NCBI GenBank assembly: GCA_963703345.1
Contig: OY969814.1
Span: 288,001-352,000 of the forward strand
Direction: 5' to 3'
Source of the DNA: an uncultured Chloroflexia bacterium
GTDB lineage: Bacteria > Chloroflexota > Dehalococcoidia > DSTF01 > JALHUB01
Length of the DNA stretch: 64,000 nucleotides
The position numbers and the translations under genes were made by a program. Below are positions 9,053 through 20,199 of the stretch, one piece after another (the first letter of the stretch is position 1; each line of letters opens with the position of its first letter). The notes under the pieces were generated by a model. The model had not been told where the DNA came from. It saw only the letters and a program-made list of their open reading frames with translations, and did not search any database.

Positions 9053-10761
9053 CAGCCGCTCGCGGCGTCGACGACGGGCATCGGCTCTCTGGCGAAGGCG
9101 GTCATGGCGGCAACGGCGTCGCTGTAGAGCGAAATCTGGCGCTGCCGCTCCCGAGGGCTCCAGCCGAGAAGCTCGCCCATGAGGCGGGCCGCCTCCTCCG
9201 CGCCGTCGAGGCCGTGGCCCGGGTCGAACAGCATCAGCCTGGTGCGGCGCTCCATGAAGTCCCCGAGCGTCATCGCCATCTCCTGCTCGACGGCATAGAC
9301 CGCTTCCGCACGTAAGACGGGGCACGTGTCCGATAGGGGCCGCAAGAGCGCGGCGTCGCGGCGGGCGCAGGCGAGGAGACTTACGTGCTCGGTGCCGTGC
9401 GTCCGTACGAGTCGCTGCGCCATCTCCAACGATATGCCCCAACCGCCGACAAGCGAGGCGCCAGCAGACTGGGCGTAGCGGTCGAAGCCTTCGACGTTGC
9501 CGCCGGGAAGAGCGGTCTGCCCGGTCCTGCAGGGAGCGTGGTGCCAGCCGAAGCGCGCCCCTTCCTGGGCTATGACACGGTCCAGCAACGCTTCCGCCAT
9601 GGCACGACAAGTCGTGAGCTTGCCGCCGGCGATGGTGTAGAAGCCCTCCGGACCGGCCTCGATCTCGAAGTCGCGGGAGACGTCGGAGGGGAGCGGCGCG
9701 CCCTCTTTGGCGACGAGCGGTCGCACACCGGCCCAGCCCGCAAAGACGTCGGCGGCGGTCAGCAGGGCGGTCGGAAAGAGGGCGTTTGCGGAGTCGAGGA
9801 CATAGGCGGCGTCGACGGAGTCGATGCGGGCGGCGCCCGGATCGTCCTTGTAGTCGGTGTCGGTGGTGCCCACGTAAACGGAGTCGCCGGTGGGCACGGC
9901 GAATAGGATGCGGTCGGCGCGCGGGATGACGATGACGCGCGTTAGGCCGAGGCGCGAGCGTGGCAGCACGAGGTGCACGCCCTTCGAGGGACGCAGAATG
10001 GGGGCGGCGCCCGCCATGTCGCGCATGCGGTCGACCCAGGGGCCCGCGGCGTTGACGACAACTTTCGCGCGGGCGCTCCCGCCGCCGGCGCCGATGCTGT
10101 CCTTGAATGAGACGCCACTGACGCGCTCGCCGTCCCGCTCGATGCCGGTCGCCTCGACGTAGTTGAGGGCGATAGCGCCCTGTTCGACGGCGGAACGGAC
10201 CATGGCCAGGGTGAGGCGGGCGTCGTTGACCATGCAGTCGAAGTAGCGGAAGCCGCCCTGCAGCCCCTCGGCGCGGAGAAGCGGCTCGGCCTCCAGCATC
10301 TTCTCGCGCGAGAGGACGGTGTGGCGGCCGATGTCGCCGAATCCGGCGAGCAGGTCGTAGGCGGTCAGTCCGAGTCGCAGCTTGAGACGCCCGTCGCGGC
10401 CGCCGGCGTAGACGGGGAGGTAGAAGGGCGCCGGCTCGACGAGGTGGGGCGCGATCTTCAAGAGGATGCCGCGTTCGCGTAGGGACTCGCGGACGAGACG
10501 AACGTGGCGTCCTTTCAGATAGCGCAGCCCGCCATGGACCAGCTTGGAGGAGCGGCTGCTAGTGCCGGAAGCGAAGTCGTTCTTTTCGACGAGGGCGACG
10601 GAGAGGCCGCGCTGCGCAGCGTCGCGGGCGATGGCCGCGCCGGTGACGCCGCCGCCGACGATCAGCAGATCGAACGTCTCTCTCGCCAGCCGGGCAAGGC
10701 CGTCGCTGCGTTTCTTGAGGACCGGCGGGTTGGCGGGCGTACTACGCCTGAAGCCGAACAT
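9052..10761 (-). CDS. glpD: FAD-dependent glycerol-3-phosphate dehydrogenase
   Basis: GGGVTG, DFASGTSSRSSKLVHGGLRYL, GTTD, GGKLTT.R. Confidence 0.93.
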   Translation of the reverse strand: MFGFRRSTPANPPVLKKRSDGLARLARETFDLLIVGGGVTGAAIARDAAQRGLSVALVEKNDFASGTSSRSSKLVHGGLRYLKGRHVRLVRESLRERGILLKIAPHLVEPAPFYLPVYAGGRDGRLKLRLGLTAYDLLAGFGDIGRHTVLSREKMLEAEPLLRAEGLQGGFRYFDCMVNDARLTLAMVRSAVEQGAIALNYVEATGIERDGERVSGVSFKDSIGAGGGSARAKVVVNAAGPWVDRMRDMAGAAPILRPSKGVHLVLPRSRLGLTRVIVIPRADRILFAVPTGDSVYVGTTDTDYKDDPGAARIDSVDAAYVLDSANALFPTALLTAADVFAGWAGVRPLVAKEGAPLPSDVSRDFEIEAGPEGFYTIAGGKLTTCRAMAEALLDRVIAQEGARFGWHHAPCRTGQTALPGGNVEGFDRYAQSAGASLVGGWGISLEMAQRLVRTHGTEHVSLLACARRDAALLRPLSDTCPVLRAEAVYAVEQEMAMTLGDFMERRTRLMLFDPGHGLDGAEEAARLMGELLGWSPRERQRQISLYSDAVAAMTAFAREPMPVVDAASG

Positions 10762-12356
10762 TACGTCTTCTCCTTCGCGGGCGGGATGAGCTTGCCGGGG
10801 TTCATAATATCAGACGGGTCGAGCGCCTGCTTGAGCGAACGCAGAAGCTCGACGCCGCCTTCGCCGAGGTATTCGGGCAGCCAACGCACGTGTTCGATGC
10901 CGATGGCGTGATGGTGGCTGAGCGCGCCGCCTCCGTCGATGATGGCGCGAGTTGCGGCGTCTTTCACCTCCTGCCATTGCCCCAGCTCCTCGCCCTCGCG
11001 CTGTCTCGCCAGGAAGGTGTAGTAGACCGAAGCGCCGTGCGTGTAGGCGTGCGAGAGATGGGCCATCACGATGCCGCGGCCGCCCATCGCGCTCAGCATG
11101 GCGTCCCTCGTTGAGCGGTAGAGCGGCAGGTAGTTGGACCAAGTCGTGGCCGTCTCCAGCGTGTCGACCATGACGGAGCGGTCGAGCAGGACGTCTCTCA
11201 GGTAAGGAGCGTCGAAGCGGGAGCGCCGCCAGGCCTCGCCGGGCCCCGAGCCGAGCGACTTGCCGCCGTGTCGCTCCATGACCGCTTCGGCGCGCTCCCA
11301 GGACGAGCGCACTTCCGCCTCGTGGCCGTCGAAGCCGAGGAGGAAGAGCGACATCGTCATGTTCTCCGCGCCGGCCTGCATGAGCGCTGTCGCCTCGCTC
11401 TCCGCCTCGTCGGAGAGGCGCAACAGGGAGGGTCGCAGCCCTGACTGCAGCATCGACCGCGAGGCCTCGACAGCCGCCGCGAAGTTTGGCATGAGGAAGG
11501 CCCGATAGTCGCTTCGTTCCGGTAGGGGCGCCAGGCGAATCACGGCCTGCGATATGATGCCGAACGCGCCCTCGGAGCCGGCGACAAGCTGGTTAAGGTC
11601 GGGGCCGGCTGCAGCGGCGGGGACCGCGGGCGTTTCGATAACACCGCCGGGAAAGTGGAGGCGCACGCTCTCGACGTTCTCCTCGATCTTGCCGTAGCGC
11701 GTCGAGTTCTGGCCGGCGGAACGCGTGGCGATCCAGCCGCCGAGGGTCGAGTACTCGAACGACTGCGGGAAGTGGCCGAGCGTAAAGCCGGCAGCGTTGA
11801 GCGACGCTTCCAGGGCCGGCCCGAAGATTCCCGCCTCCACCGTCGCCAGACCGGAGACGCGGTCGATGGCGACGACGCGGGCCATGCGTTGCAGGTCCAG
11901 GGTTAGCGCCGCCCTGTCGCCGACGGGCTCGACGCCGCCGACGACGCTGGTGCCGCCGCCGAATGGGATGACGGCGAAACCGTCGCTTGCCGCCAGTTCG
12001 AGGACGGCCGCCACCTGCGCCTCAGTCTCCGTATAGGCGACGGCGTCGGTGGGAGAGGCGATTTCGCCGCAGCGGATGCGGACGAGATCGCGGTAGCCTT
12101 TGCCGAGGCTGCGGACGGCTCGGTCGGCCTTGTCGATTGAGACGCCGGTGTCGCCAAGGATGCGTCGGAGCGCAGTGAGCTGCCGGTCTCCGAGGCGAGT
12201 GGGCCGTAGGGCTATCTCATCGAGCGAGCGCGGGCGGGTGGCCTCGCCTAGCTTGCCGAGGCGCTGTTGGAGGAACGTCCAGAACCGTTGCGGGTCGGCA
12301 AGGGCGAAGCTCTTGCGCTCATCGCCCCAGCCCCACCATCTCGTGGGCATGCGCAT
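10761..12356 (-). CDS. Alkyl-dihydroxyacetonephosphate synthase-like FAD oxidoreductase (VAO/PCMH fold)
   Basis: PFGGGTSVVGG, GHFPQSFEYSTLGGWIATRSAG, YGKIE, HLSHAY, SHHHAIG, MNPGKL. Confidence 0.9.
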   Translation of the reverse strand: MRMPTRWWGWGDERKSFALADPQRFWTFLQQRLGKLGEATRPRSLDEIALRPTRLGDRQLTALRRILGDTGVSIDKADRAVRSLGKGYRDLVRIRCGEIASPTDAVAYTETEAQVAAVLELAASDGFAVIPFGGGTSVVGGVEPVGDRAALTLDLQRMARVVAIDRVSGLATVEAGIFGPALEASLNAAGFTLGHFPQSFEYSTLGGWIATRSAGQNSTRYGKIEENVESVRLHFPGGVIETPAVPAAAAGPDLNQLVAGSEGAFGIISQAVIRLAPLPERSDYRAFLMPNFAAAVEASRSMLQSGLRPSLLRLSDEAESEATALMQAGAENMTMSLFLLGFDGHEAEVRSSWERAEAVMERHGGKSLGSGPGEAWRRSRFDAPYLRDVLLDRSVMVDTLETATTWSNYLPLYRSTRDAMLSAMGGRGIVMAHLSHAYTHGASVYYTFLARQREGEELGQWQEVKDAATRAIIDGGGALSHHHAIGIEHVRWLPEYLGEGGVELLRSLKQALDPSDIMNPGKLIPPAKEKT

Positions 12357-12441
12357 TCCCTGTCGCTGACCGACGGTATCGCCTGGATTCTATCACGTCT
12401 CGCTGCTGACAGGGGCGACGAGAGCAGGATGGGGCCGCGAG

Positions 12442-13593
12442 CTAGACCCTCAGGGGCCGCGCGTGGAAGTGCATGCCCGACAACTGACCAGGTACCGCGG
12501 GAGTGGCGGGAACCCACTGCATGCGAACGTTGTCAAACGGCTCGCCCACGAGCTCGATCATCTCCTGGCGGATCTCGCCGATGCCCTGGTCACGCGCCAT
12601 GTTGAGCTGCCTTATCTGCGCGACGTCGTGGCCGGTGACGCGGGCGGCAGTGGCGTCGGCAGCGGCAGGGTCTTTGCTGGCAACCATCAGCCAGCCGCCG
12701 ATGCGCTGCTTCATGTCGATCGTAGTGCCGGCCTGCGGCCCTTCTGAGGGACCGTTGCCTTCGATGCCAATGGAACCGTCGATGATGGCCAGGTCAAGCG
12801 TCACGCTGTGAACGATGTCAAGGAAGACCTGTTCGATGCTGCGGTCCGTCCCGTGGAGGACCTGGCGCGACATGGTCCCGTCCGGCTTGGCGCCGTAGCG
12901 GGCGAGCGGCGTGGTGCCAACGAAGTTCTTCATGGAGAGGGTTAGCTGCGCCCACTGGTGTGTCTTCATCACGGGTACGGTGATGACGCGGTCGGCGTTG
13001 GCGACGTAGCTGGAAATGCCGATCTTGCCCAGGTTCGTCTGCGAGGGCACGTCCACCCATGCGGGGGAATCGGCGTCGAGGCAGGCGAGCGTCACCTTGC
13101 CCTTGTAAGCGGAGGTGAGGCGCTGCGCCTCCGCGGCCATGTTGGTCGAGTGGTCGAGCATCATGACCTTGTCCCAGGGCCAGCTCGGCATCTGCGTGGC
13201 ATCGCCGATGGTGACTTCGGCGGCGCCTGCCTTCAGGCATTCCTCGGCGACGGTCGTCAGGATCTCGGGCTTGGTGCATTCGCCGTTCGTGAATGGATCG
13301 CGGCCAGCGGGCATCCAGCCGATGGTGACGAAGTTGGGCTTGATAAAGACGGTCTCGCCCTGGTGGACGACGGAGCTCATGCCGCCAACGGCGTCAATGG
13401 CGTCGCGTGCCATGGCGCGAAGGTCGTCGCCTTTGATCAGGCCGACGCGGGTGAGAGGCTGCGACGTCTGGGTTGGGGGTCCCGCGGCGGGCGACCTGCC
13501 TTCCTTGCAGTCGGCTAGCAAGGGCGAAGCGCCGAGAAGGACGGTGGCGCCAGCGCTGATACGGAGGAAATCGCGTCTATCAATCCTGTTCAT
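12442..13593 (-). CDS. DUF362 domain protein with Tat signal
   Basis: RRDFL Tat motif, VFIKPNF, PVMKTH, LSMKN..G, G.EGNGP, DPAAAD. Confidence 0.88.
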   Translation of the reverse strand: MNRIDRRDFLRISAGATVLLGASPLLADCKEGRSPAAGPPTQTSQPLTRVGLIKGDDLRAMARDAIDAVGGMSSVVHQGETVFIKPNFVTIGWMPAGRDPFTNGECTKPEILTTVAEECLKAGAAEVTIGDATQMPSWPWDKVMMLDHSTNMAAEAQRLTSAYKGKVTLACLDADSPAWVDVPSQTNLGKIGISSYVANADRVITVPVMKTHQWAQLTLSMKNFVGTTPLARYGAKPDGTMSRQVLHGTDRSIEQVFLDIVHSVTLDLAIIDGSIGIEGNGPSEGPQAGTTIDMKQRIGGWLMVASKDPAAADATAARVTGHDVAQIRQLNMARDQGIGEIRQEMIELVGEPFDNVRMQWVPATPAVPGQLSGMHFHARPLRV

Positions 13594-13733
13594 CGCCCAT
13601 ATCTCCTGGTGGTAATGGCCCGTATGCCTGGATGCTATTTCTGCTTGCCATATTATGTCAAACAGACGCGTCGGGGAAGGCCGATGGTACAATGGCGATA
13701 CGAGCGACGGCCGTCTCAGCGTGAGGAGGCGAG

Positions 13734-14537
13734 ATGACTTTTGCCACCGTCAACAGAGTAAGGCTCTACTATGAGCGGCACGGCGAGACCGGCGAGCCGC
13801 TGGTGTTCGTGCACGGCTACACCGGCGACATCAGCGACTGGCGGTTGCAGATGGCGGAGTTCGCCGGCGACTATCGCGTGCTGGCGATGGACCTGCGCGG
13901 GCACGGACTGTCGGAGGCTCCAGCGGACCGGCAGTTGTACAGCGTCGAGCTGATGACGCGGGACGTGGAGGAGTTGATCGATCTAGCTGCGTTCGACCGC
14001 TTTCATCTCGTCGGGCACTCCATGGGCGGCGCGATCGCCCAAGAGATAGCGCTGCGGTGGCCGGAGAGGCTGCTTTCGTTGACGCTGGAGGACACGGCGC
14101 TCAAGTTCAGCGTGCCCTCGGACGACCCCGCGTTCCAGGTCCGCGCGCAGCGGCTTCAGACCGCCCTCAAAGGCGGCATGGCCGCCGCCGCGGCGCTTAC
14201 CTTCGGCGATGCGCCGCCGCACATGCCGCCGGAACGGATAGAAGAGACGAACGAGCGGCTGGCGCGGATGTCCGTCGACGCGTTTGTCGGCGCGGTGCAG
14301 GGGCTGCTCGGCTGGGAAGGCAGCGAAACGCGCGCTTCGCAGATCAGGACGTCGACGCTGATAATCTACGGCGATCTCGATGCGCCGTCGCTCGCGGAGT
14401 CTTCACAACGAATGGCGAAGCTCATTCCCAACGCGACGCTTGAGGCGATCCCCGAAGCGTCGCACTCGCCGCAATGGGAACGGCCGGAGCTATTCAACGC
14501 CTCGCTTCGGCGTCACTTGGAGGCGAACCGGGCCTAG
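13734..14537 (+). CDS. Alpha/beta hydrolase
   Basis: HG, DLRGHG.S, GHSMGG nucleophile elbow, D and H near the C-terminus. Confidence 0.93.
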   Translation: MTFATVNRVRLYYERHGETGEPLVFVHGYTGDISDWRLQMAEFAGDYRVLAMDLRGHGLSEAPADRQLYSVELMTRDVEELIDLAAFDRFHLVGHSMGGAIAQEIALRWPERLLSLTLEDTALKFSVPSDDPAFQVRAQRLQTALKGGMAAAAALTFGDAPPHMPPERIEETNERLARMSVDAFVGAVQGLLGWEGSETRASQIRTSTLIIYGDLDAPSLAESSQRMAKLIPNATLEAIPEASHSPQWERPELFNASLRRHLEANRA

Positions 14538-16600
14538 GTGCGGACGCGCACGTCACTTAGCTGGGCGGCAAGACCTTCCGGCTCGGTGACCGGCAGCGTG
14601 CAGCGGTGGTTTTCGCAGACGAATGCCGTCGGCCGGCCGTCGAGCGGCGTGCGGTCTTCGAGCAGGGGCGACGATAGCTTCTCCGGCGGCGCTTCGGCGC
14701 CCGCGACGATCTTGTTCGGCAGGTAGCGGTCGTAGATGACGGCGAGAAGGCGTTGCGTTCGCGGGTCGTCACGCGGGCCGATGACGACGATCTCCTTCAC
14801 CTTCGAGAGATGGAAGTCCAGCGCAGCGAGCCAGCGGGGCAGCGCCGAGGGCACCGAGCCCATGAGGTTGTGCACCATGCGGAGCTCCGCAACGGCGTAG
14901 GGCTCGAAGTCCGTGCGGCCGGTGAGGAGCGCCAGACGCAGCAGAGCGAGAGTGGCGGTTGAGCTGCCGGAGGGGTAGGCGTTGTCGAAGAGGTTGCGGG
15001 GACGGACGATGATCGACGGTTGATCGCGCGGCGTGTCGAAGAAGGATTCCGTGTCCTCTTTCCAGAAGAGGTCGATCATGCGGTCGGCGAGATCAACGGC
15101 CCGGGTCACCCAGTCGTAATCGAACGTCGCCTCGTAGAGCGTGACGAGGGCGTCAATCAGCGAGGCGTAGTCTTCGAGGTAGCCTTCGGTCTGGGCGCGG
15201 CCGTCGCCGGACGCTTTCCACGTGCGAAGCAATCGTTCCCCGGTGAACAGCGAGCGGAGGATGAAGCGGGCGTTGTTCTCGGCGATGCGAACGTACGCGG
15301 GATTGCTGAGCGCTGCGCCCGCCTCGGCGAAGGTCTTGAGCATGAGGGCGTTCCAAGCCGTGATCACCTTATCGTCGGTGCCAGGATGGACGCGCCTCTC
15401 GCGGGCCGCGAAGAGATGTGAGCGGACCTCCCGCACGGCCTTTTTCAGCTCTTCGACGGGCATCTGCAGCGCCTGCGCTGCCTCTTCGTCGTCGAGAGGC
15501 AAGGAGAGAACGTTGCGGCCACTAAAGTTGCCTTCGTCGGTGATGCCGAAGTAGACGCGGGCGACGCGGCTCAGTCCCGGCCCAAGCAGCCGGTCGACCT
15601 CTGACGCTTCCCAGGTGAAGAACCTTCCTTCCTGGCCCTCGCTGTCGGCGTCTTGTGACGAATAGAAGGCGCTACTGGGGTGCAGCATCTCGCGTTCGAC
15701 GTAGGCCAGCGTCTCTTCGACGATGCGACGGAAGAACGGCTTGCCCGTCGCCTGCCAGAGATGGAGGTTGAGCATAGCGAGGAGGGCGTTGTCGTAGAGC
15801 ATCTTCTCGAAGTGGGGGACCAGCCAGCGAGCGTCGGTGCTGTAGCGGTGAAAGCCGCCGCCGATCTGGTCGTACACGCCGCCGCGGGCAATCTTGTTGG
15901 CCGTGATCTCCGCCATCGAGACCGCCCGCACCTCAGCGGAGCGATGCCAGTAGCGGAGAAGGAACTCGTGGACGAGCGGCTGCGGGAACTTGGGCGGAGG
16001 GCCGAAACCGCCGTTCTCGGAGTCGAAACCGCTGCCCAGGGTTCGGAAGGCTTCGTTCAGGGCGTGCGCCGAAAGCGACGAAGCGGCCGGCGGCGTCCGG
16101 TTCTGACTCTTCAGGAACGTGACCACTCTCTCGCCGGCGGCCTCCATGTCGTCGCGGCGCTCTCGATAGGCGCCGGCGACGGCGACGAGAATGTCGCGGA
16201 AGGACGGCAGTCCGCCCTGGCGTCGAGAGGGGAAATAGGTGCCGGCATAGAAAGGCCGGCGGTCGGGAGTCAGGAAGACGGACATTGGCCAGCCGCCCTG
16301 TCCCGTCATGCCCTGGACGGCCCGCATGTAGACGGCGTCGACGTCCGGGCGCTCTTCGCGGTCCACCTTTATGCTGACGAAGTTGGCATTCAGAAGGGCG
16401 GCCGTCTCCTCATCTTCGAACGATTCTTTCTCCATGACGTGGCACCAGTGGCAGGAGGAATAGCCGACGCTGAGGAAGATCGGCTTGTCTTCGGCGGCCG
16501 CGCGGGCGAAGGCCTCATCGCCCCAGGGATACCAGTCGACGGGGTTGTCCTTGTGCTGGAGGAGGTAGGTGCTGCTTTCGCCGGCCAGTCGGTTTGGCAT
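14534..16600 (-). CDS. YyaL/SSP411 thioredoxin-domain protein
   Basis: MPNRL...[36 protein letters not shown]. Confidence 0.95.
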   Translation of the reverse strand: MPNRLAGESSTYLLQHKDNPVDWYPWGDEAFARAAAEDKPIFLSVGYSSCHWCHVMEKESFEDEETAALLNANFVSIKVDREERPDVDAVYMRAVQGMTGQGGWPMSVFLTPDRRPFYAGTYFPSRRQGGLPSFRDILVAVAGAYRERRDDMEAAGERVVTFLKSQNRTPPAASSLSAHALNEAFRTLGSGFDSENGGFGPPPKFPQPLVHEFLLRYWHRSAEVRAVSMAEITANKIARGGVYDQIGGGFHRYSTDARWLVPHFEKMLYDNALLAMLNLHLWQATGKPFFRRIVEETLAYVEREMLHPSSAFYSSQDADSEGQEGRFFTWEASEVDRLLGPGLSRVARVYFGITDEGNFSGRNVLSLPLDDEEAAQALQMPVEELKKAVREVRSHLFAARERRVHPGTDDKVITAWNALMLKTFAEAGAALSNPAYVRIAENNARFILRSLFTGERLLRTWKASGDGRAQTEGYLEDYASLIDALVTLYEATFDYDWVTRAVDLADRMIDLFWKEDTESFFDTPRDQPSIIVRPRNLFDNAYPSGSSTATLALLRLALLTGRTDFEPYAVAELRMVHNLMGSVPSALPRWLAALDFHLSKVKEIVVIGPRDDPRTQRLLAVIYDRYLPNKIVAGAEAPPEKLSSPLLEDRTPLDGRPTAFVCENHRCTLPVTEPEGLAAQLSDVRVRT

Positions 16601-16628
16601 CTCTCCCGCGAAGCCTTTCCGGCGCCCG

Positions 16629-17027
16629 TTAGCGGCTGCCCAGGAGCCTGTCCGGCTCGATCCGGATGATGACGCGCTGCTCGCTGGGTGAGCGGAACGG
16701 GTATTTGTCCTGCCCGAGGTACTTCTTCGCCAGCTTGTCGATGTGGGCGTCGGCGCCCTCACGCGTCACCTCGACGACGTGGCCGCGGAGAGCAAGGACT
16801 TCATAAGCGTTCTGCCGGTCGACGACGTTGACGGCGACACGGGGGTCGCGGCGGATGTTCTTCAGCTTCTGGCGTCCCTCCGCGGTGTTGATGAGAACGT
16901 AGCCGTCGTCGTAGTCGACCCAGACGGGCACGACGTGGGGCGCGCCGTTCGGCATTACGGTGGCGATGTTCGCTATGTTAGGCGCCAGGAGCAGCGCTTT
17001 CGCCTTCTCCGGCAGTTGGACAGCCAT
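16629..17027 (-). CDS. PPOX class F420-dependent oxidoreductase
   Basis: AT...G.P...PVW, K..N..RDPRV, ID.LA.KY. Confidence 0.9.
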   Translation of the reverse strand: MAVQLPEKAKALLLAPNIANIATVMPNGAPHVVPVWVDYDDGYVLINTAEGRQKLKNIRRDPRVAVNVVDRQNAYEVLALRGHVVEVTREGADAHIDKLAKKYLGQDKYPFRSPSEQRVIIRIEPDRLLGSR

Positions 17028-17355
17028 GTCCGTCTCTCCTCGTTACGCAGTCCCGCCAAACGTGTTGAGCAACAAGAGAGACGCCGAGGAAACCTCCGGC
17101 GTCTCCCCTAAGACCAGCATCGGCGCGGGCAATCCGTTTGTCAACCCCAGAATCGCAACCGAGACCGCGTCCGCCTGGTCAATCGTCATTTGCCGCCTGT
17201 CCGGCGGCTACCCACCCAGCTTATGAAGCGTTCATCGTTATATTCGCCGAAAGGGGTGAAGCAGTCGTGAAAAGGAGCCGCATTCGCATGAAGAAGGCGT
17301 GAGCGAAGTGCGAGGGACACGATGTTCAGGCGCGCGTCGATGCTACACTGAGCTC

Positions 17356-18024
17356 GTGGACGCGTGGGAGAAGCTGAACGACGACGTGGTGAACTGTCGC
17401 AAGTGCCCGCGATTGGTCTGGTGGAGGGAGAAGGTGGCGGCGGAGAAGCGCGCCGCCTTCCGCGACTGGACGTACTGGGGACGCCCGCTCCCCGGCTTCG
17501 GCGAGAAGGCGGCCAGGCTGATGGCGCTGGGGCTGGCGCCGGCGGCGCACGGCGGCAACCGCACGGGACGCATCTTCACCGGCGACCGTTCCGGCGACTG
17601 GCTCTACCGGGCGCTGTACCGCGCCGGCTTCGCTAATCAGCCGACGAGCGTGAGCCGCGACGACGCCCTTGAGCTCCGCGGCGCCTACGTCACGGCGGCG
17701 GTCCGTTGCGCTCCGCCAGGCAACAAACCGACGCCGCAGGAACGCGACAACTGCAGTCGCTATCTTCAGCGGGAGTTCGGGCTGCTGGAGGAACTTCGCG
17801 TGATCGTGGCGCTGGGCCGCTTCGCCTATGACGCGACGGCGGCGGCGCTGGGCCTGCACGGGCGGCTCCCGTTCGGCCACGGCGTCGAGTGGCGTCTGCC
17901 GGACGGTCGCGTCGTCCTCTGCTCGTACCACCCGAGCCAGCGGAACACGTTCACGTCCCTGGTGACGGAGGAGATGTTCGACGGCATCTTCCGGCGGGCG
18001 CGGGAGCTGGCGGAAGGCGGCTAG
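17356..18024 (+). CDS. udgB: Family 5 uracil-DNA glycosylase (UdgB)
   Basis: [40 protein letters not shown]. Confidence 0.92.
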   Translation: MDAWEKLNDDVVNCRKCPRLVWWREKVAAEKRAAFRDWTYWGRPLPGFGEKAARLMALGLAPAAHGGNRTGRIFTGDRSGDWLYRALYRAGFANQPTSVSRDDALELRGAYVTAAVRCAPPGNKPTPQERDNCSRYLQREFGLLEELRVIVALGRFAYDATAAALGLHGRLPFGHGVEWRLPDGRVVLCSYHPSQRNTFTSLVTEEMFDGIFRRARELAEGG

Positions 18025-19295
18025 GCTTTTCGCCAGGTCGTGCCGGCGGGTGTGTCCTCGAGGACAATGCCCAGCGCGGCGAGGCGGTCGCGAAGCTCGT
18101 CGGCGATCTCCCACTGGCGGGCGTCGCGCAGCCGGTTGCGCAGGTCGATCAGGAGTTCGACGAGCGGCGCCAGGTTCGCTACGAGCTCACCGCCGGTAGA
18201 ACCCATCTCTCTGCCCCACAGATCAACGAGCGTCCGCAGCTCGGCGCGGGCCCCGAGGACGACCTCAGCCTCGGCGCCGGTCGCTTCCGCGCGCTCGATA
18301 GCCTGCACCAGCTCGTAGGCCTGGCCGGCGATCGCGGCGTCGGATCCGCCGTCGGGGCGCTCAACCAGCGTCCGCTCGGTCTCGCCGACGGTGCGCGCCA
18401 GGTCGTCCCTGGCCTGGGCGGGAGTCTTCCGGACCGGCGCTTCGACGACGGGCGCGCTGAGCGACATGGCAGCGCTGCGCAGCTCGTCGAGGCTGAACGC
18501 GCTGTTAGCGGGAAAGACCTTGTCTTCGCCGCCGGGACGTCGCACCGTGACCTGACCCGCGCCCGTCACGCGGCACTCGCCTTCGCCGAGGACGAGGATG
18601 CAGGCTGTGTACTCATCGATGCCTACGATGACCGTCCACTCCGGCAGGAGCGCCTCCAGGGCGTCGAAACGGGGCTTGCCCATGAAGCAGAAGCGCGTGT
18701 CGTAGGTGCCGCCCTCGCTGTTGTTCCAGTGGGGGACGATCGTCAGGTCGAGGCCGTAGGGGGCGAGCAGGTTCAGCCCTTCGGTCCAGTGCGGATCGGC
18801 ACCGACTTTGTAGATCTCGTAGACGGGCAGCGAGTAGTGGCCGATGGCGATCGCGGCGGCGCTGGCCAGCGCGAGGTGGCTGCCTTCGTCGACGCGTCGC
18901 GCCACGGCGTCGATGACGGGCGTGCCGGTCCAGTTGCGGATAGCGTAGGAAGGACTGCCGGGCCCGGCGAAGATGTAGTTGGAGCTTTCGATCTTCCTGA
19001 CGGCGTTCTTCACCTCGGCATCGGTAGCGCTCTTCGCCGACTTGAAGCCGGCGAGGGCGCAGGGCACGCCCAGGTAGCGTTGAACGTAGGCGCGGGCGCG
19101 TTCCGAGATGTTGTCGGCGTTCAACTCGAAACCGGCGGGAGTGTCAAGGAAGACGGCGCGGACGGGGCCATCGATGCGGGATGCGATCCACTGGTGCACC
19201 CGCGTCATCGACTCCGTTAGCTCGCCGGAGCCCATAAGGGTGACGGTGCCTGCCTGCCGGTAGGCGGGGCCGCCTGAGGGGTCGCCGCGCTCCAT
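18021..19295 (-). CDS. Peptidase S51/cyanophycinase-like protein fused to a CysRS C-terminal-like helical domain
   Basis: [19 protein letters not shown] (Ser), VPHWN (His), GIDE (Glu); C-term [15 protein letters not shown]...GI.LED.P.GT.W. Confidence 0.85.
   Translation of the reverse strand: MERGDPSGGPAYRQAGTVTLMGSGELTESMTRVHQWIASRIDGPVRAVFLDTPAGFELNADNISERARAYVQRYLGVPCALAGFKSAKSATDAEVKNAVRKIESSNYIFAGPGSPSYAIRNWTGTPVIDAVARRVDEGSHLALASAAAIAIGHYSLPVYEIYKVGADPHWTEGLNLLAPYGLDLTIVPHWNNSEGGTYDTRFCFMGKPRFDALEALLPEWTVIVGIDEYTACILVLGEGECRVTGAGQVTVRRPGGEDKVFPANSAFSLDELRSAAMSLSAPVVEAPVRKTPAQARDDLARTVGETERTLVERPDGGSDAAIAGQAYELVQAIERAEATGAEAEVVLGARAELRTLVDLWGREMGSTGGELVANLAPLVELLIDLRNRLRDARQWEIADELRDRLAALGIVLEDTPAGTTWRKA
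19249..19268. repeat. Short palindromic element CCTGCCTGCCGGTAGGCGGG inside a CDS (encodes PAYRQAG)
   Basis: Imperfect 20-nt palindrome just before the conserved MGSGE strand; half-copy CCTGCCTGCCGG in dnaE2 at about 23348-23359. Confidence 0.6.
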
Positions 19296-19355
19296 CGCTC
19301 TCTCCGCTGAGGACGATCGCCTCGGTAGCTCAATTATACGCGAACCGACGTCCGT

Positions 19356-20072
19356 TCAGGGCGACGAAAGGGCCTGTCGCGCGCGGTCCGGATAGTCGGA
19401 CGTGATCCCGTCGACGCCGAGGGACGCGAGCCGGCGGACCTCCGCGGCGTCGTCGACCGTCCAGCAGTAGAGGCGCAGCGAACGGCGCAGCGCAGCCGCG
19501 ACAAGGCGCTCGTCGACGAGGCCGTGCAGGACGCCGAGCCCCTGCGCGTTCAAAGCCAGCGCGGCGTCGATTGTGCCGTTGGGGTCGACGATGCGGGCGG
19601 TAAGGAGAGCGCAAGGAAGCCGCGGCTCAAGGCGCCGGACGGTGGCGATGGCGTCCAGCAGGAAGGAATGGACGGTGCAGCGGTGTACAGCATCCATGCG
19701 ACGGACGACTTCGACGACCCGCGGTTCGATGCCTTCCCGCTTGATCTCGATGACGAGGAAGATGCGCTCTCCCGCCGCCGCGACGGCCTCTTCCAGCGTC
19801 GGTATGCGCTCTTCGGGAAAGCGCGCGTCGCCCGCAGAGAGGCGTCGCGCTTCCGCGAGCGTCATGGCGCTAACGGCGCCGCTGCCGTTTGTCGTGCGGT
19901 CGACGGTCTCGTCGTGCATAAGGACGGGGACAACGTCGGCGGTGCAGCGGACGTCTACCTCGACGGCGTCGGCGCCCAGGGCGATCGCCTTGTCGATGCC
20001 GGCGAGCGTGTTTTCGGGCGCGTGACCCATGCAAGCGCGGTGAGCGGTAATCAGCGGGAATGGTCGGATCAT
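19356..20072 (-). CDS. Glycerophosphodiester phosphodiesterase
   Basis: AHR, APENT, VEVDV, HD..VDRTT.G, EIK, GVDGITSDYP. Confidence 0.93.
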   Translation of the reverse strand: MIRPFPLITAHRACMGHAPENTLAGIDKAIALGADAVEVDVRCTADVVPVLMHDETVDRTTNGSGAVSAMTLAEARRLSAGDARFPEERIPTLEEAVAAAGERIFLVIEIKREGIEPRVVEVVRRMDAVHRCTVHSFLLDAIATVRRLEPRLPCALLTARIVDPNGTIDAALALNAQGLGVLHGLVDERLVAAALRRSLRLYCWTVDDAAEVRRLASLGVDGITSDYPDRARQALSSP

Positions 20073-20199
20073 CTCGTCATGATTGTAGACTATTCGCGAC
20101 TCCGTCCGCAGCGCCTTCGCCTCGGGTTTTTCTCAAATGCCTTCGGGGCTAAGATCTGCACACAAGGTCGACAGGCGCGGCGAGCGCAAGGAGGGACAA

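Noticed and set aside
17076-17107. Riboswitch upstream of the PPOX F420 gene
   Set aside because: A single hairpin right after a TTGACA-N17-GATGCT promoter; more likely a 5' stabilising stem, with no known aptamer core.
18021-19295. Cysteinyl-tRNA synthetase (cysS)
   Set aside because: Only the C-terminal helical domain resembles CysRS; the catalytic Rossmann motifs are absent.
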